This document shows positions 25,166-36,048 of a DNA stretch of 64,000 bases, one piece after another. Each line of letters opens with the position of its first letter. The first letter of the stretch is position 1. The translations under genes were made by a program, and so were the position numbers. Source of the stretch: Selaginella moellendorffii (taxonomy: Eukaryota > Plantae > Lycopodiophyta); NCBI RefSeq assembly GCF_000143415.4, contig NW_003314261.1, positions 3,402,880-3,466,879 of the forward strand, given 5' to 3'. Under the pieces are notes generated by a model. That model was not told the origin of the DNA. It worked only from the letters and a program-made list of their open reading frames with translations, and did not search any database.

Positions 25166-26554
25166 CTAGAACAAAGCCAAAGAAAGGATCACCACCGCCA
25201 TGACCGTCGTCTTCCCGGCGAGGAATGGCACTGCCGCAGCTTTGACACTGCTCTTAGCAGCAGTCACCGCCGCGGGTTTCTTCCTGCCCGAGCCCCTCCC
25301 ATCATCGCCCATCCGACGGTAGCGCTCGCAAACCTTGGTACACCGATCGTGCTCGTGGAACCGGCAAGCCGCGCAGCTCGAGCACTCCGTGTCCCGGCTC
25401 TGGCCGCAAGCGGCCGCCTCGTAGAACCCATCGCCGCACGTAGCGCAAGGCGAGCAGATCTTACACCCGGTGGTCGCCGCGGTCTCCGTGAGATTGTCCC
25501 CAGCCACCACCACCAGAGGCGCGAGCTCAAACTGAGTGGATCGGCACGACGAGCTCTCCACGCACACCCCCTGGCTCGCGTTGAATCCCAGGTCGGGCGG
25601 CGCCGCCACTTGATTCCCCCAGCACTCCACGCCTCCGTGATCATCCCGATCCAGCCTCACGCCGCAAGTGTATCGATCCCCGGCGGTGATGAGCGAGAAG
25701 GCCACGCCCGCGGGAGCGCTCGACTGGCCGACCGAATCGTCCCCCCAGCACTGCGCCGAGTGGTTGTCGAGCCGGATGCCGCAAGTGTGGAACATCCCCG
25801 CGGAGATGGCCGAGAAGGCCACCCCCTCCGGCGGCGAGCACTGGCCGTGATCGTTGGCGCCCCAGCACAGCGCGCGGTGGTCCTTCCGGAGGATGCCACA
25901 GACGTGTGTCCGCCCCGCCGCGATGGTGTCGAAGAGGCTGCGCTGGTTGAAGCGGTTGCGCTGGGCGGAATCGTTGTGGTCGCCGGACATCTGGCCCCAG
26001 CACACGACCCGGCCCGTGTACTGCGTGAGGCCGCACGAGAAGTAGTCGCCCGCGGTGATGCTGCGCATGGGGATGGTGATCGGGGGCGAGCACTGGCCGA
26101 AATCGTTGTTGCCCCAGCAGTCCACCCGGCCCTCGTCGCCCGGGAGGATGCTCTTGTCCCGGATTGCGCAGACGTGCCAGCCGCCGCAGTTGATGGTGGA
26201 GTAGCGGACGCCCTGGAAGGCCGCGGGGACGATGCTGCCCGGGGTCTGGCCCCAACACACGGGGTTGTGGCCGTCGAGCGTGAGGCCGCAAGCGAAGTAG
26301 GCGCCGCCGGTGAGCGACCAGAGCGAGATGTTGGCGGGCGGGATGGAGGCGTTGTTGATCGCGAATGTGCCCCAGCAGCGTGGATTGCCGGAGCTCGCGT
26401 CGATGCCACAGACGGAGAAGCTCTTGACCGGGGAGGAGCCGGATCCCCACAGCGCCGCCATGGTGCTCATGTAGCCGAATGCATGCGCCGCGGAGACGAT
26501 CGAGAGAAAGATCGCGATCAGGCGCAGGAGGCGGTTGCTGCCGTCGAGATCCAT
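25166..26554 (-). CDS. Intronless CRINKLY4/ACR4-type ectodomain protein without kinase (signal peptide, crinkly/RCC1-like repeats, TNFR-like Cys region, hydrophobic C-tail)
   Basis: 462 aa. About seven repeats of [ILT]xxGxx[HFY]xC[GA]...CWG; Cys cluster CSPCATCGDGFYEAAACGQSRDTEC; N-terminal signal peptide; C-terminal TVMAVVILSLALF. Confidence 0.88.
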   Translation of the reverse strand: MDLDGSNRLLRLIAIFLSIVSAAHAFGYMSTMAALWGSGSSPVKSFSVCGIDASSGNPRCWGTFAINNASIPPANISLWSLTGGAYFACGLTLDGHNPVCWGQTPGSIVPAAFQGVRYSTINCGGWHVCAIRDKSILPGDEGRVDCWGNNDFGQCSPPITIPMRSITAGDYFSCGLTQYTGRVVCWGQMSGDHNDSAQRNRFNQRSLFDTIAAGRTHVCGILRKDHRALCWGANDHGQCSPPEGVAFSAISAGMFHTCGIRLDNHSAQCWGDDSVGQSSAPAGVAFSLITAGDRYTCGVRLDRDDHGGVECWGNQVAAPPDLGFNASQGVCVESSSCRSTQFELAPLVVVAGDNLTETAATTGCKICSPCATCGDGFYEAAACGQSRDTECSSCAACRFHEHDRCTKVCERYRRMGDDGRGSGRKKPAAVTAAKSSVKAAAVPFLAGKTTVMAVVILSLALF

Positions 26555-27063
26555 CGCGAGGCACCCTGGGAATGGCGAGAGCGGGATCGAATGGTCAAAA
26601 TCCGCAAGAAATCCATCAAGATCGAGGCGATTCTAGAGCGGGAGCGATCAAGATCCAGCGAAGACGCAAGAAAGATTCACGCGAAGCATGGAATCGGCAA
26701 AGCAGAGCAACGATCGAGTGCCGATGCGATCAAATCGTAGAAAGATCCAGAGGAGAGGCAAGAAAGATTCAATCGAGCAAGGACGCGATCAAGATCCCGA
26801 AAAGAGGCAAGAGGAATCCATAATATCACAGGCAGAGCACCGGAGAAGCAGCGATCGACAGGAAAGAACACGCATTGGCTTACCTCGAGCTCCCAGCGAT
26901 CGCGAACGAAAGCTATCGACGTTCCTGGGGCAAAATATTCGGAGAGAATCAATTTATACCACGGCCACTTTACACGTGGCACTCACGCTCCACGTAAGCA
27001 TTAGGGCAGACTCGAATATCCGGTTAACGTTGACGAATATCCGTTCTAGGCCTGGGGTTGAAA

Positions 27064-27644
<581 letters not shown>

Positions 27645-27681
27645 CGAAGCATTAACTTTTTCTCACTAATGAAAAAACTAT

Positions 27682-27732
27682 TGCGGTGAGCGTGTATTCA
27701 GCACGCGACCTTCCCAGCTGAGCTATCCCCGC
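27682..27732 (-). pseudogene. tRNA-Phe pseudogene copy 1 (about 22 nt deleted including the anticodon arm; B-box mutated; followed by T6)
   Basis: Reverse complement starts GCGGGGATAGCTCAGCTGGG and ends ACGCTCACCGCA, matching plant cytosolic tRNA-Phe(GAA). Confidence 0.85.
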
Positions 27733-27793
27733 TTAAGCTTGTAATCAAGTTCTTAGCGCCAAAATTTAGTCGAGTTTTCTTCGAAGGCACTCT

Positions 27794-27864
27794 TGCGATG
27801 AGCGTGGATCGAACACGCGACCTTCAGATCTTCAGTGACGCTCTGCGAGCTGATCTATCCCCGC
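27794..27864 (-). tRNA. tRNA-Phe(GAA)-like copy 2, 71 nt (2 nt lost in the anticodon stem; probably a pseudogene)
   Basis: Retains the CTGAAGA anticodon loop and GTTCGATCC B-box; D-stem and acceptor-stem mismatches. Confidence 0.8.
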
Positions 27865-27925
27865 TTTAAGCTTGTAATCAAGTTCTTAGCGCCAAAATTT
27901 AGTCGAGTTTTCTCGAAGCCACTCT

Positions 27926-27987
27926 TGCGGTGAGCGTGGATCGAACACGCGACCTTCAGATCTTCAGTCGAGCTGATCTATCCCCGC
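27926..27987 (-). pseudogene. tRNA-Phe pseudogene copy 3 (about 11 nt deletion)
   Basis: Acceptor and T arms intact; deletion 5' of the anticodon loop. Confidence 0.85.
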
Positions 27988-28050
27988 TTTAAGCTTGTAA
28001 TCAAGTTCTTAGCGCCAAAATTTTAGTCGAGTTTTCCTCGAAGGCACTCT

Positions 28051-28111
28051 TGCGGTGAGCGTGGATCGAACACGCGACCTTCAGATGCTCTCCGAGCTGA
28101 TCTATCCCCGC
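28051..28111 (-). pseudogene. tRNA-Phe pseudogene copy 4 (about 12 nt deletion removing the anticodon)
   Basis: Acceptor and T arms intact; starts 24 nt downstream of the stop codon of the adjacent gene. Confidence 0.85.
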
Positions 28112-28135
28112 TTAAGCCGCTTAATGTAGTTCTTA

Positions 28136-29862
28136 TTAACGCCAAGATTTAGTCGAGTTTTTCTTCCAAGCCAGCGCTAGCACAGACTTCCACAGCCGCT
28201 TGGTCTTTCGCCCTTTAGATTTCTCCAGCTTAAGAACTTTGCTTTCACTGTCCGAGATATCACTTTTGCTGGGAAAGCTTGATCTTTCGTTGGAGCCACT
28301 GCTGCTGCTGCTACTATTGGCCCTGGCTCCCTTGTACATGATCCGGCAGCAAATGTGTGACACCAGGAAGAGACGAAGAACAGCTCGGGCTTCTTCCGGA
28401 TCTTCCACCAGTGGCTGCTGCTCCGGAGCTAGAGCCGGGACGACAAAGTCGAGCAGCATGGAGCCGACTTGTTCTGCCGTGTTGCCGTGCTCGTCCATGA
28501 GCGTCACCGCGAAAGTCATGAGCATGTCCCAGAAGCTAGCAGCATCGTTGTCCTGGAACGCTTCTAGTCTCTCCACAGTATCTGTGTTCTTGAGTAAGAC
28601 CACGAGGAATCCAGCCGGGAGTAGCCTCTCGGGAGGATAAGCTCTCACGAGCTCGCGAATGGCGGCACAGCACAGCCCCGCCCTGGAGTGATCGGACGAG
28701 CTCAGCATCTTGAAGAGCCGCTTCTGGCTCTCCCGTGCCGCGGCGATGAGCGTGTAGGCCGAGCTCTGAGCGGTAGTCGTCCAGCTTCCGTCGAGAAGGA
28801 GCTCGTCCTCCCAGAAGTTGATCGTGTTGATGAGCGTGCACAGCATGGAGAGCTTCTCCATGGATGTGCCGAGAGCTAGGAGCTCCTCGCTGGGAGGCTG
28901 GAAGTCGAGAGCAGCATCGTTGTTGTGCTTGGAATGGTGACGATCATCTTCGACGTGCTCGACCTCGATTTGGTTTTCTCCTGTTCTCGGAGTTTCATGC
29001 TGGAGAAGCTCATCCGTTACGAGAGCGTTGAGGGCATCCGAGTCCGTCTCCGAGGGGCTTGTAGAAGAGGATGCCCGATCGCTCGAACTTCGTTTGTGAT
29101 CTTCATCTTTCTTAGAGTCTTCTTCTAAAGCAGCAAGCCCGGCTTGTGGAGGATCCTCCTCCTCAGAGAAGAGTGAATCTACTCACGAAAGAAACACCAT
29201 GATCAGTTGACCAGAAGAACAAAAACCAAGAACAAATACCATTTTCTTCTGTTTTAGTGTTCGTTGTTGTCTGATCTTAACTGATAGTAGCATTCGATTT
29301 TTCCAGCCCTCGCACGAAATCGCTTCTACCAACTGGTCTAGATGGAAGCCGGGGTGTGAAAGAAGTAGCCGACGCTTTGCATTTAGCCAAAGAAAATGTG
29401 CTGGTCTCGCTGGTATCAAGGCTAGCTTTAGTCGACCAAATGTACCGAATGAAAAAGAAGTAAGAACATACCTGTGAGACGAGGCAGTGTCCGATACCAA
29501 ACGACCACCATCCACATTTCCATTTCCACCCTGCGCAGCAACCTATAATCCAATAATGATCGAAGAAAACAAGCTCACCTGGAAGAGATTCATTCCATTC
29601 GCGATTCTGAGTAGCAAATTCGAGCTCATCTCTTGCAGAGCCTTGACGCTGCTCTGATCGTCCTTGAGCTGCAAGCACAATCTCCCAAAGTAGCCTCCAG
29701 CGTCCGCGGTTTGCTGATTGAGCAGCTTCCTTGTGCTCTCAAAGAGCTCCCGGGATTGCCTCCTGTGACAAGAGAATTCTCAATCGATTCTATGCCGCTG
29801 GAGCGCAGTACTCACAGATTGGCCAGTCGCTGCTGGAAGAAGCGATCGTCCTCCTCCGCCAT
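28136..29862 (-). CDS. Uncharacterised multi-exon protein (acidic disordered middle, helical C-terminal domain)
   Basis: Exons join via GT-AG: MAEEDDRFFQQRLANL|RQSRELFESTRKLL...GMNLFQ|GGNGNVDGG...|...|DSLFSEEEDPP...FQPPSEELLALGTSMEKL...KKNSTKSWR*; last exon is open from about 29179 to 28136. Confidence 0.7.
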
Positions 29863-29913
29863 TCTCCCCTCTTGTTGGATGCGAGGAGCCCTAAATAAAC
29901 CTAGAGTTTCTTC

Positions 29914-32900
29914 ATGGGAGTTCATGGATTATGGGAGCTCTTGGCGCCAGTGGGGCGGCGCGTGTCGGTGGAGCTCCTCGGCAACAAGAAGCTGGCGATC
30001 GGTGAGCTTGTGATTCGCGAGCTTGGGATTTCTCTCCAGCTGTTACAAGTCTTCATCTCTTTGTTTCTAGATGCCAGCATTTGGATCATCCAGTTTCTCA
30101 AGGCTATGCGCGATGATCGTGGAGAAGTGATGCGCAATGCGCACCTCCTGGGATTCTTTCGCCGGATTTGCAAGCTCTTGTTCCTCCGCGTCAAGCCTGT
30201 GTTTGTCTTCGATGGTGGCACGCCATTCTTGAAGAGGAGGACTGTGATTGCGAGGAGAAGGCAGCGAGAGCAAGCACAGTCGAAAATCCGCAAGACGGCT
30301 GAGAAGCTACTGCTGAATCACGTACGTGTGTGAGTTTCATTCTCAGCGTCTCTGACTCTCTTGTTTCATTTTTTCTTGTCGCAGCTAAAAGCAAAGAAGC
30401 TCGAGGAACTCGTTCGTGAGGAGCAACCAAATGCTCCAGACCAAGCACGAGCAAATGGAGAAATTCCTTCGAGCTCTTCTCAAGCCAAAACTTCTTCTGA
30501 CCAAGAAAATGCCGACGCATTGTAAGTTTCCAGTGATTGATGTTCTTGTTTTCTATCGTGGTTTTCATTTTTGTTTCATCTCAGGTTGACAGCTTCTTTA
30601 GCAAAAGAGTGGGAGGAAGATGGTGCCATAGACTTGGATTCTGGCTCCGAGGAACAACAACAAATACTCGTAAATCCAACGGCCCTTTAGATCTGTGAGT
30701 TTGCTGATCATCATAGTCAGTGTCTATCAGTTCATGTTGATATTTCCATAGCTGTTGTGTTTGTCTTGCCTTGATCGTCGCTGGCTTCCTTCTTGCTTGG
30801 GTTTGGAAATTCGTTCTGATCTCGTTATTCTTGTTTTCGGCAGCCTGTGGTTAACGGAAAAGTTGATCCCGAAGTTCTTGCGTCGTTACCGCCATCCATG
30901 CAACTTCAACTCTTTGACGAGGTTCGGATCTATACTGTTGCGTGTACGCTCGTTAATCTTACCTTCGCAGATGAGGGAGCAACTTGTTGCAGAAAATCGA
31001 CAGAAGTTTGAGAAAGTTGCCAAGGTGTGTAAGATTTGACATTCTGTAGTGTGCTAACGATATTTTTTTTCAGGCACCTTCTTCGTTTTCAAAACTTCAG
31101 ATTGAGGCTTACTTAAAAACAGTAGCCTTTCGCCGGGATATCAATCTCGTGCAAAAAGCGGCTGCGAACATAAGTAAAGATGGTGTTCCGAGCGTTCGAA
31201 TTGCTTCAGAAGCCAATCGCGAGTATATTTTCTCGACGGAAGCTGGAAAGAAAAAGTATGGCATGTTTTATTCTCATTTTCCTAATAGCCCTTTGCCTTT
31301 TGTGGCAGGAGCCAAGATGGGGTGCAAAATGTCGAAGAGACTACTGTGAAGCAGATGTCTAAGGACATAGAAGAAATGGGAGCAGCAGATAGGAGCACTG
31401 TTCAGACATATCTCGATAGTAAAGGGAGAAAACGAGTTAGCAGGATCAGGGGAATGGGTGTTCGGATGACTCGTGATTTACAGTGGAACTTATATCTTAT
31501 GAAAGACAAGGCATCTCAAAGTAAAGAAGACGAAGTGATAGAACTTCCAGCAGACGACGAGAGCTACGCATTTGAAAAACTGGTTTCTGAAGATCAAATA
31601 GCTGTTGAAGGAGATGGTGACGAAACCAATGTTTCAGCTGGGCAGACTAGTAGTACAGGAATGAGGGTCTCGTTCGTCGATGATGGCAGCCTCCAGCCCG
31701 ACGAGCTTTTTGCAAGGTTGGTTTCGGAAAGCCAGCCGGATGAAATTGAATGGGAGGAAGATTACGGAAGTGATGCACGAATATCTTCCGCCAGAGAAGC
31801 TCAAGATGAAGCAGGATCTGGCAGTCTTTCTCGTTTTCAAAGAAATGACGTGATTACTGAGACAGGGGCTCAGAACTTCCAGGTTTCGTTTGTGGACGAT
31901 GGTAACCTTGAGGTTGACGAGACGTTTCAAACTTTGGCTCGTGGTCAGGAGGACGAAGAGATCGACTGGGAAGACGACGGTCACGAGGTGGTGTCAGTCT
32001 GTGAACCTGATGCTCGGAAACAGTCTAAGATGATCGGTATTGGAGATTCTGCTTTGAAAACTACCGGTGTCATGGAATTAAACGGGAACAAACAAGCTGA
32101 AATTCAAGCAGGTTCTACTGTTCTCAATCAAGGTGAAAGATACGAGCGTACGAAAGACATGCAGGCTGATAGTCACCCTCCTCAAGCTGATAAAGTCCTG
32201 CCTGACGCTGAAGAAGTTGAATGGGAGGAAGATGATAATGTCGCACAAAATATTTCCGAGAACACTTCGCTAGTGGACGTTGGCGAGCCAGACGCCACGA
32301 AAAGTGAAGAAAACCATCCGCTGGTTTCAAAACCGGACGATGACAAAGGCACTGGAGGGGAAGAAGTTGCACGGAACGTTTCTCCTGGTAAATTGATTGA
32401 GCAAAAACCGGACAACAAGGACTCATGCAACATTGAGCATGGAAAGCTTACTGGAGTATCCGACGAACAAGCTCAGATTGAAGAAGCAATTCGTCGAAGC
32501 CTAGTGGACTTTGGACTTCAGAAAGCTTTTAAGCCTCTTACCATACAAGAGCCAGACTCTGTGAAGCATGGCGCAGTTCAGGACAAAGAAGAATCTGAGC
32601 GCTCACGTAAAGGAAAGGCAGTTCTCGACAACACAATTGAAAAAAAAGCTAATGAGTTGGAAAACACTGAAGTAGTCCTTGATTTGGATCAAAGCAGGAA
32701 GGCAACGATGATAACAGAGGATGAAGAACGGTTTCTCGATGCTGAGGACAGAGCAGCTCGGCACGCACGGATCAACGAGGAAAGGGAAAACTTGCTACAA
32801 GAAGAAGCGGAGCTTCGAGCAGAGAAAAAGAGAAACGAACGTAATGCGGAGACGGTTACAAATGAAATGTTTGCCGAGTGCCAGGTAGCTTGTTTCATAT

Positions 32901-34765
32901 GGGAGCTAACTCTTATTCTTATTACGTAGGAACTACTTCAACTGTTTGGGATCCCGTATGTGGTAGCACCCATGGAAGCTGAAGCACAATGTGCCTTCAT
33001 GGATGCAGAAGATCTCGTCGATGGTGTGATTACGGATGATTCGGACGTGTTTCTTTTTGGAGGCCGCAGTGTCTACAAAAACATATTCGATGGCCACAAA
33101 TACGTCGAAACTTACTACATGAAGGTAAGCTGTCCATTTACTAATTTTTGTGACTCGTTTACTTTTATAGGATGCAGAGTCTGATCTCGGTTTGAATCGA
33201 GATAAGCTGATACGGATGGCCATGCTACTTGGCAGTGATTATACCGAAGGAATAAGGTAATATCAATCCGTCAAGTAGTTTTTCTCTCGCGTCAACATTG
33301 CTGTGTTTCAGTGGTATAGGAATTGTGAATGCCATCGAGGTTGTGAATGCCTTTCCTGAAGAGGATGGGCTGCAAAAGCTTAGAGACTGGATAGAGTCTC
33401 CGGACCTTATGCTCCTTGACAAGGCCCAGGGTGTATCTCGAAAATCGACCAAGAAATCGCAAGATAATCTCGATGGGAGTGATGACGCTGGCGTGGAGCT
33501 TGACAAGAGAAAAGAAATATTTATGCACAAACACGTAAGTTTTCTTGCTTTCTTTCGTAAGCAGCATTTCGGTCTTGTTCGTTTAGCGTGCAGTAAGCAA
33601 GAACTGGACGATCCCTTCTTCTTTTCCCAGCAAAGCTGTAGTTGAGGCGTATGAATGTCCTCAAGTAGACAAGTCGAAGGAAACCTTTTCGTGGGGTCGG
33701 CCTGATCTCGACTTACTTCGGAAGTAAGATATCACGCAATGTTACAACTGGCTTAATGTTTTTAACGTGACACAGGTTTTGCTTTGAAAAATTCGGATGG
33801 ACAAAGGAAAAAGCCGATGAACTTCTAGTTCCAGTTCTGAAAGAGTACGATCGTCGTGAGGTAAGATCGTACCTATACTTGGCTTGTGATTGCAATATCT
33901 TTGATTGCAGACGCAACTACGAATCGATGCGTTCTACAGCTTCAACCAGCGATTCGCGAAGATCCGAAGCAGCAGGATTCAGAAAGCCGTCTCTGGGATA
34001 ACGGGGCAAACACTGCCGGAGATGATTTATGGTGCCATTCCAGCCACGAAGAAGACAAGGAGGATAAAACCATCGGACGAAAACTCTGCTCCGAAGCCAA
34101 GGAAGAGAAAAGCGACAGCTGCTGGGAAAAAAACTGAAGCAGCTCAAAGGACGCCGCGAAAACGTCAAGCAAGAGCCAAAGGTGGAGCCGCAAAGGATAC
34201 AGAGGCGCAGGTTCCGGAAATCACAACACCCGCAGAACGATCACTGGACGAAACACCTGAAGATGGCGGCGCACGAGAGTTTGTTTCAACGGCGGAAGGA
34301 TCTCAGTCGGAAGACCGAGAGTTCGTTCCAATGGAGGAGGACATTGCAGCTTTCGAGGCAGCAGAAAAACCGTCGGGAGGAGGAGGATTTATTTTGGAAG
34401 ATCCAGAGGCTCGAGAGTTTGCTGCTCCGAGAGCACACGCATCAAGTGGAGGAGGATTTATTCTAGAGGACTCGGAAGATCTTCGTGGTCCTACAGAGGA
34501 GGACCTCGAAGCTTACGAAGCAGAAGAAATGGGCGAGATGGAAAGAGGTGGAGGATTCATTGCGGAAGATCATCCTGGAGATGGAGAAGTTCGTCGCCAA
34601 GAGGAAAATCTGGAAGAGTTTTCCCTGGATCGTCCCGAAGCTCCGGAAGAAGAAGATCGTCGCGAGAAACAATGGAGAGACGAAAGAGATGGTGACGAAG
34701 AAAGGCGCGATCCGAGCTTGCTGGCCATTCCAAACTTTCGAAGAAAACGCAAAAGCAACGATTAG
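29914..34765 (+). CDS. UVH3: XPG/RAD2 structure-specific endonuclease (nucleotide excision repair)
   Basis: [10 protein letters not shown]...DASIW...[11 protein letters not shown] (XPG-N); [10 protein letters not shown]...[11 protein letters not shown] and [10 protein letters not shown] (XPG-I/H3TH); UBM-like [14 protein letters not shown]; UIM-like IEEAIRRSL; PIP box QLRIDAFY; long acidic spacer. Confidence 0.96.
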
Positions 34766-34827
34766 TTTTGCTTTAATGTGGCCATTTAATTAAGGGTTTA
34801 GGGCTCTCGCCCTAGAGCAGAGGAGTT

Positions 34828-36048
34828 ATGGCGACCTCGGCTTGGACGATGCCGCATTCTTCGTCCTCGTCGCTGCGATGCGTCGTCGATGGCCTCCATC
34901 CCAAGAACAAGGTACATAGATTAGGCGCTGCTTGCCGGAGGAGCTTAGTTTTGGCGAGAGCGCGAGAAGAGAGACGAGGGCTTCTCTGTGAGCAGTGGGG
35001 TGTTGGAAGCTCTGGCCGTGAGTCGAGGCCGTCGGAGGCTGGATCGCTCCTCTTGGAGCCCGCGGGAGTGTTGCTCCAGCAGCGCATTGTATTCCTCGGA
35101 TCGCAGGTAGCGAAAGTTTTTACAAATTTTCATTCTCTTTGGACGTTTCTTTTGTTTTTGTTCTTGAAGGTGGATGATGTTTCTGCCGATCTTATCATCA
35201 GCCAGTTGCTCCTTCTCGACGCTAAAGATCCAACCAAGGATATCAAAATGTTTATCAACTCGCCCGGTGGCTCAGTTTCAGCTGGTAAGCTGCAAGAATT
35301 TTTTTTCGAGAGTTTGGTTCTCCTTCCATCTTCTGGCCAGAGTTTTGGTTCTCTTTTTATCTTCTGGCTAAGCATTTGACAGCTTCCAGGGATGGGAATT
35401 TATGATGCTATGAAGCTCTGCCGTGCGGACGTCTCAACTATTTGTTTCGGGCTAGCAGCGTCGATGGGGGCTTTTCTGCTGGCTTCTGGAACAAAAGGAA
35501 AGAGATATTGCATGCCAAATGCTCGTGTCATGATCCATCAACCACTGGGAGGTGCCGGCGGTGTGGTAAGTAAAGCTTCCTTTCTCTTAATTTTGAGACT
35601 TTTTTAGTCTTTTCGTCGCATGTCTGCTGAGACTTTATATTCGTGTCGCTTGTTAGGCAATCGACGTTGGGATACAAGTGAGAGAGATGATGTACCACAA
35701 AGCAAAGCTCAACAAAATCCTGTCTCGCCTAACTGGAAAGTCTGAAGAGCAGGTTGCTTGTATTAGACTTCTATTTGTTCAAATGCCTGAGACTGGAAGA
35801 TTTTTATTTTGCAGATTGAAGCTGATACGGACAGAGACTACTTCATGAATGCGTGGGAAGCAGTCGACTACGGCCTGGTGGATGGTGTTATTGACGACGG
35901 AAAGCCGGGGCTTGTAGCACCAATTGGCGAAGCAAAAGAGCCTCCAAAGACTCGAGTGTCTGACTTCTGGACTATAAAGGACGGCAAAAAGAACAGGCCT
36001 TCAGAGGACACACAAGCGGCTTCCGAGAAAGAGAAAGCGGCTGTCTAG
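34828..36048 (+). CDS. CLPP3: Plastid Clp protease proteolytic subunit, ClpP3-like
   Basis: Transit peptide; [10 protein letters not shown]; FINSPGGSV; [11 protein letters not shown] (Ser); VMIHQPLGG (His); DTDRDYFM (Asp); C-terminal [12 protein letters not shown]...PPKTRV.DFW typical of ClpP3. Confidence 0.9.

Noticed and set aside
25349-26740. 463-aa antisense ORF and other long overlapping ORFs over the CR4-like gene
   Set aside because: Expected shadow of very high GC3 codon usage; the translations are Arg/Ala/Pro-rich with no domain.
27682-28111. CRISPR-like repeat-spacer appearance
   Set aside because: Repeats are tRNA-Phe derived, spacers are nearly identical to each other, the context is eukaryotic and there are no cas genes.
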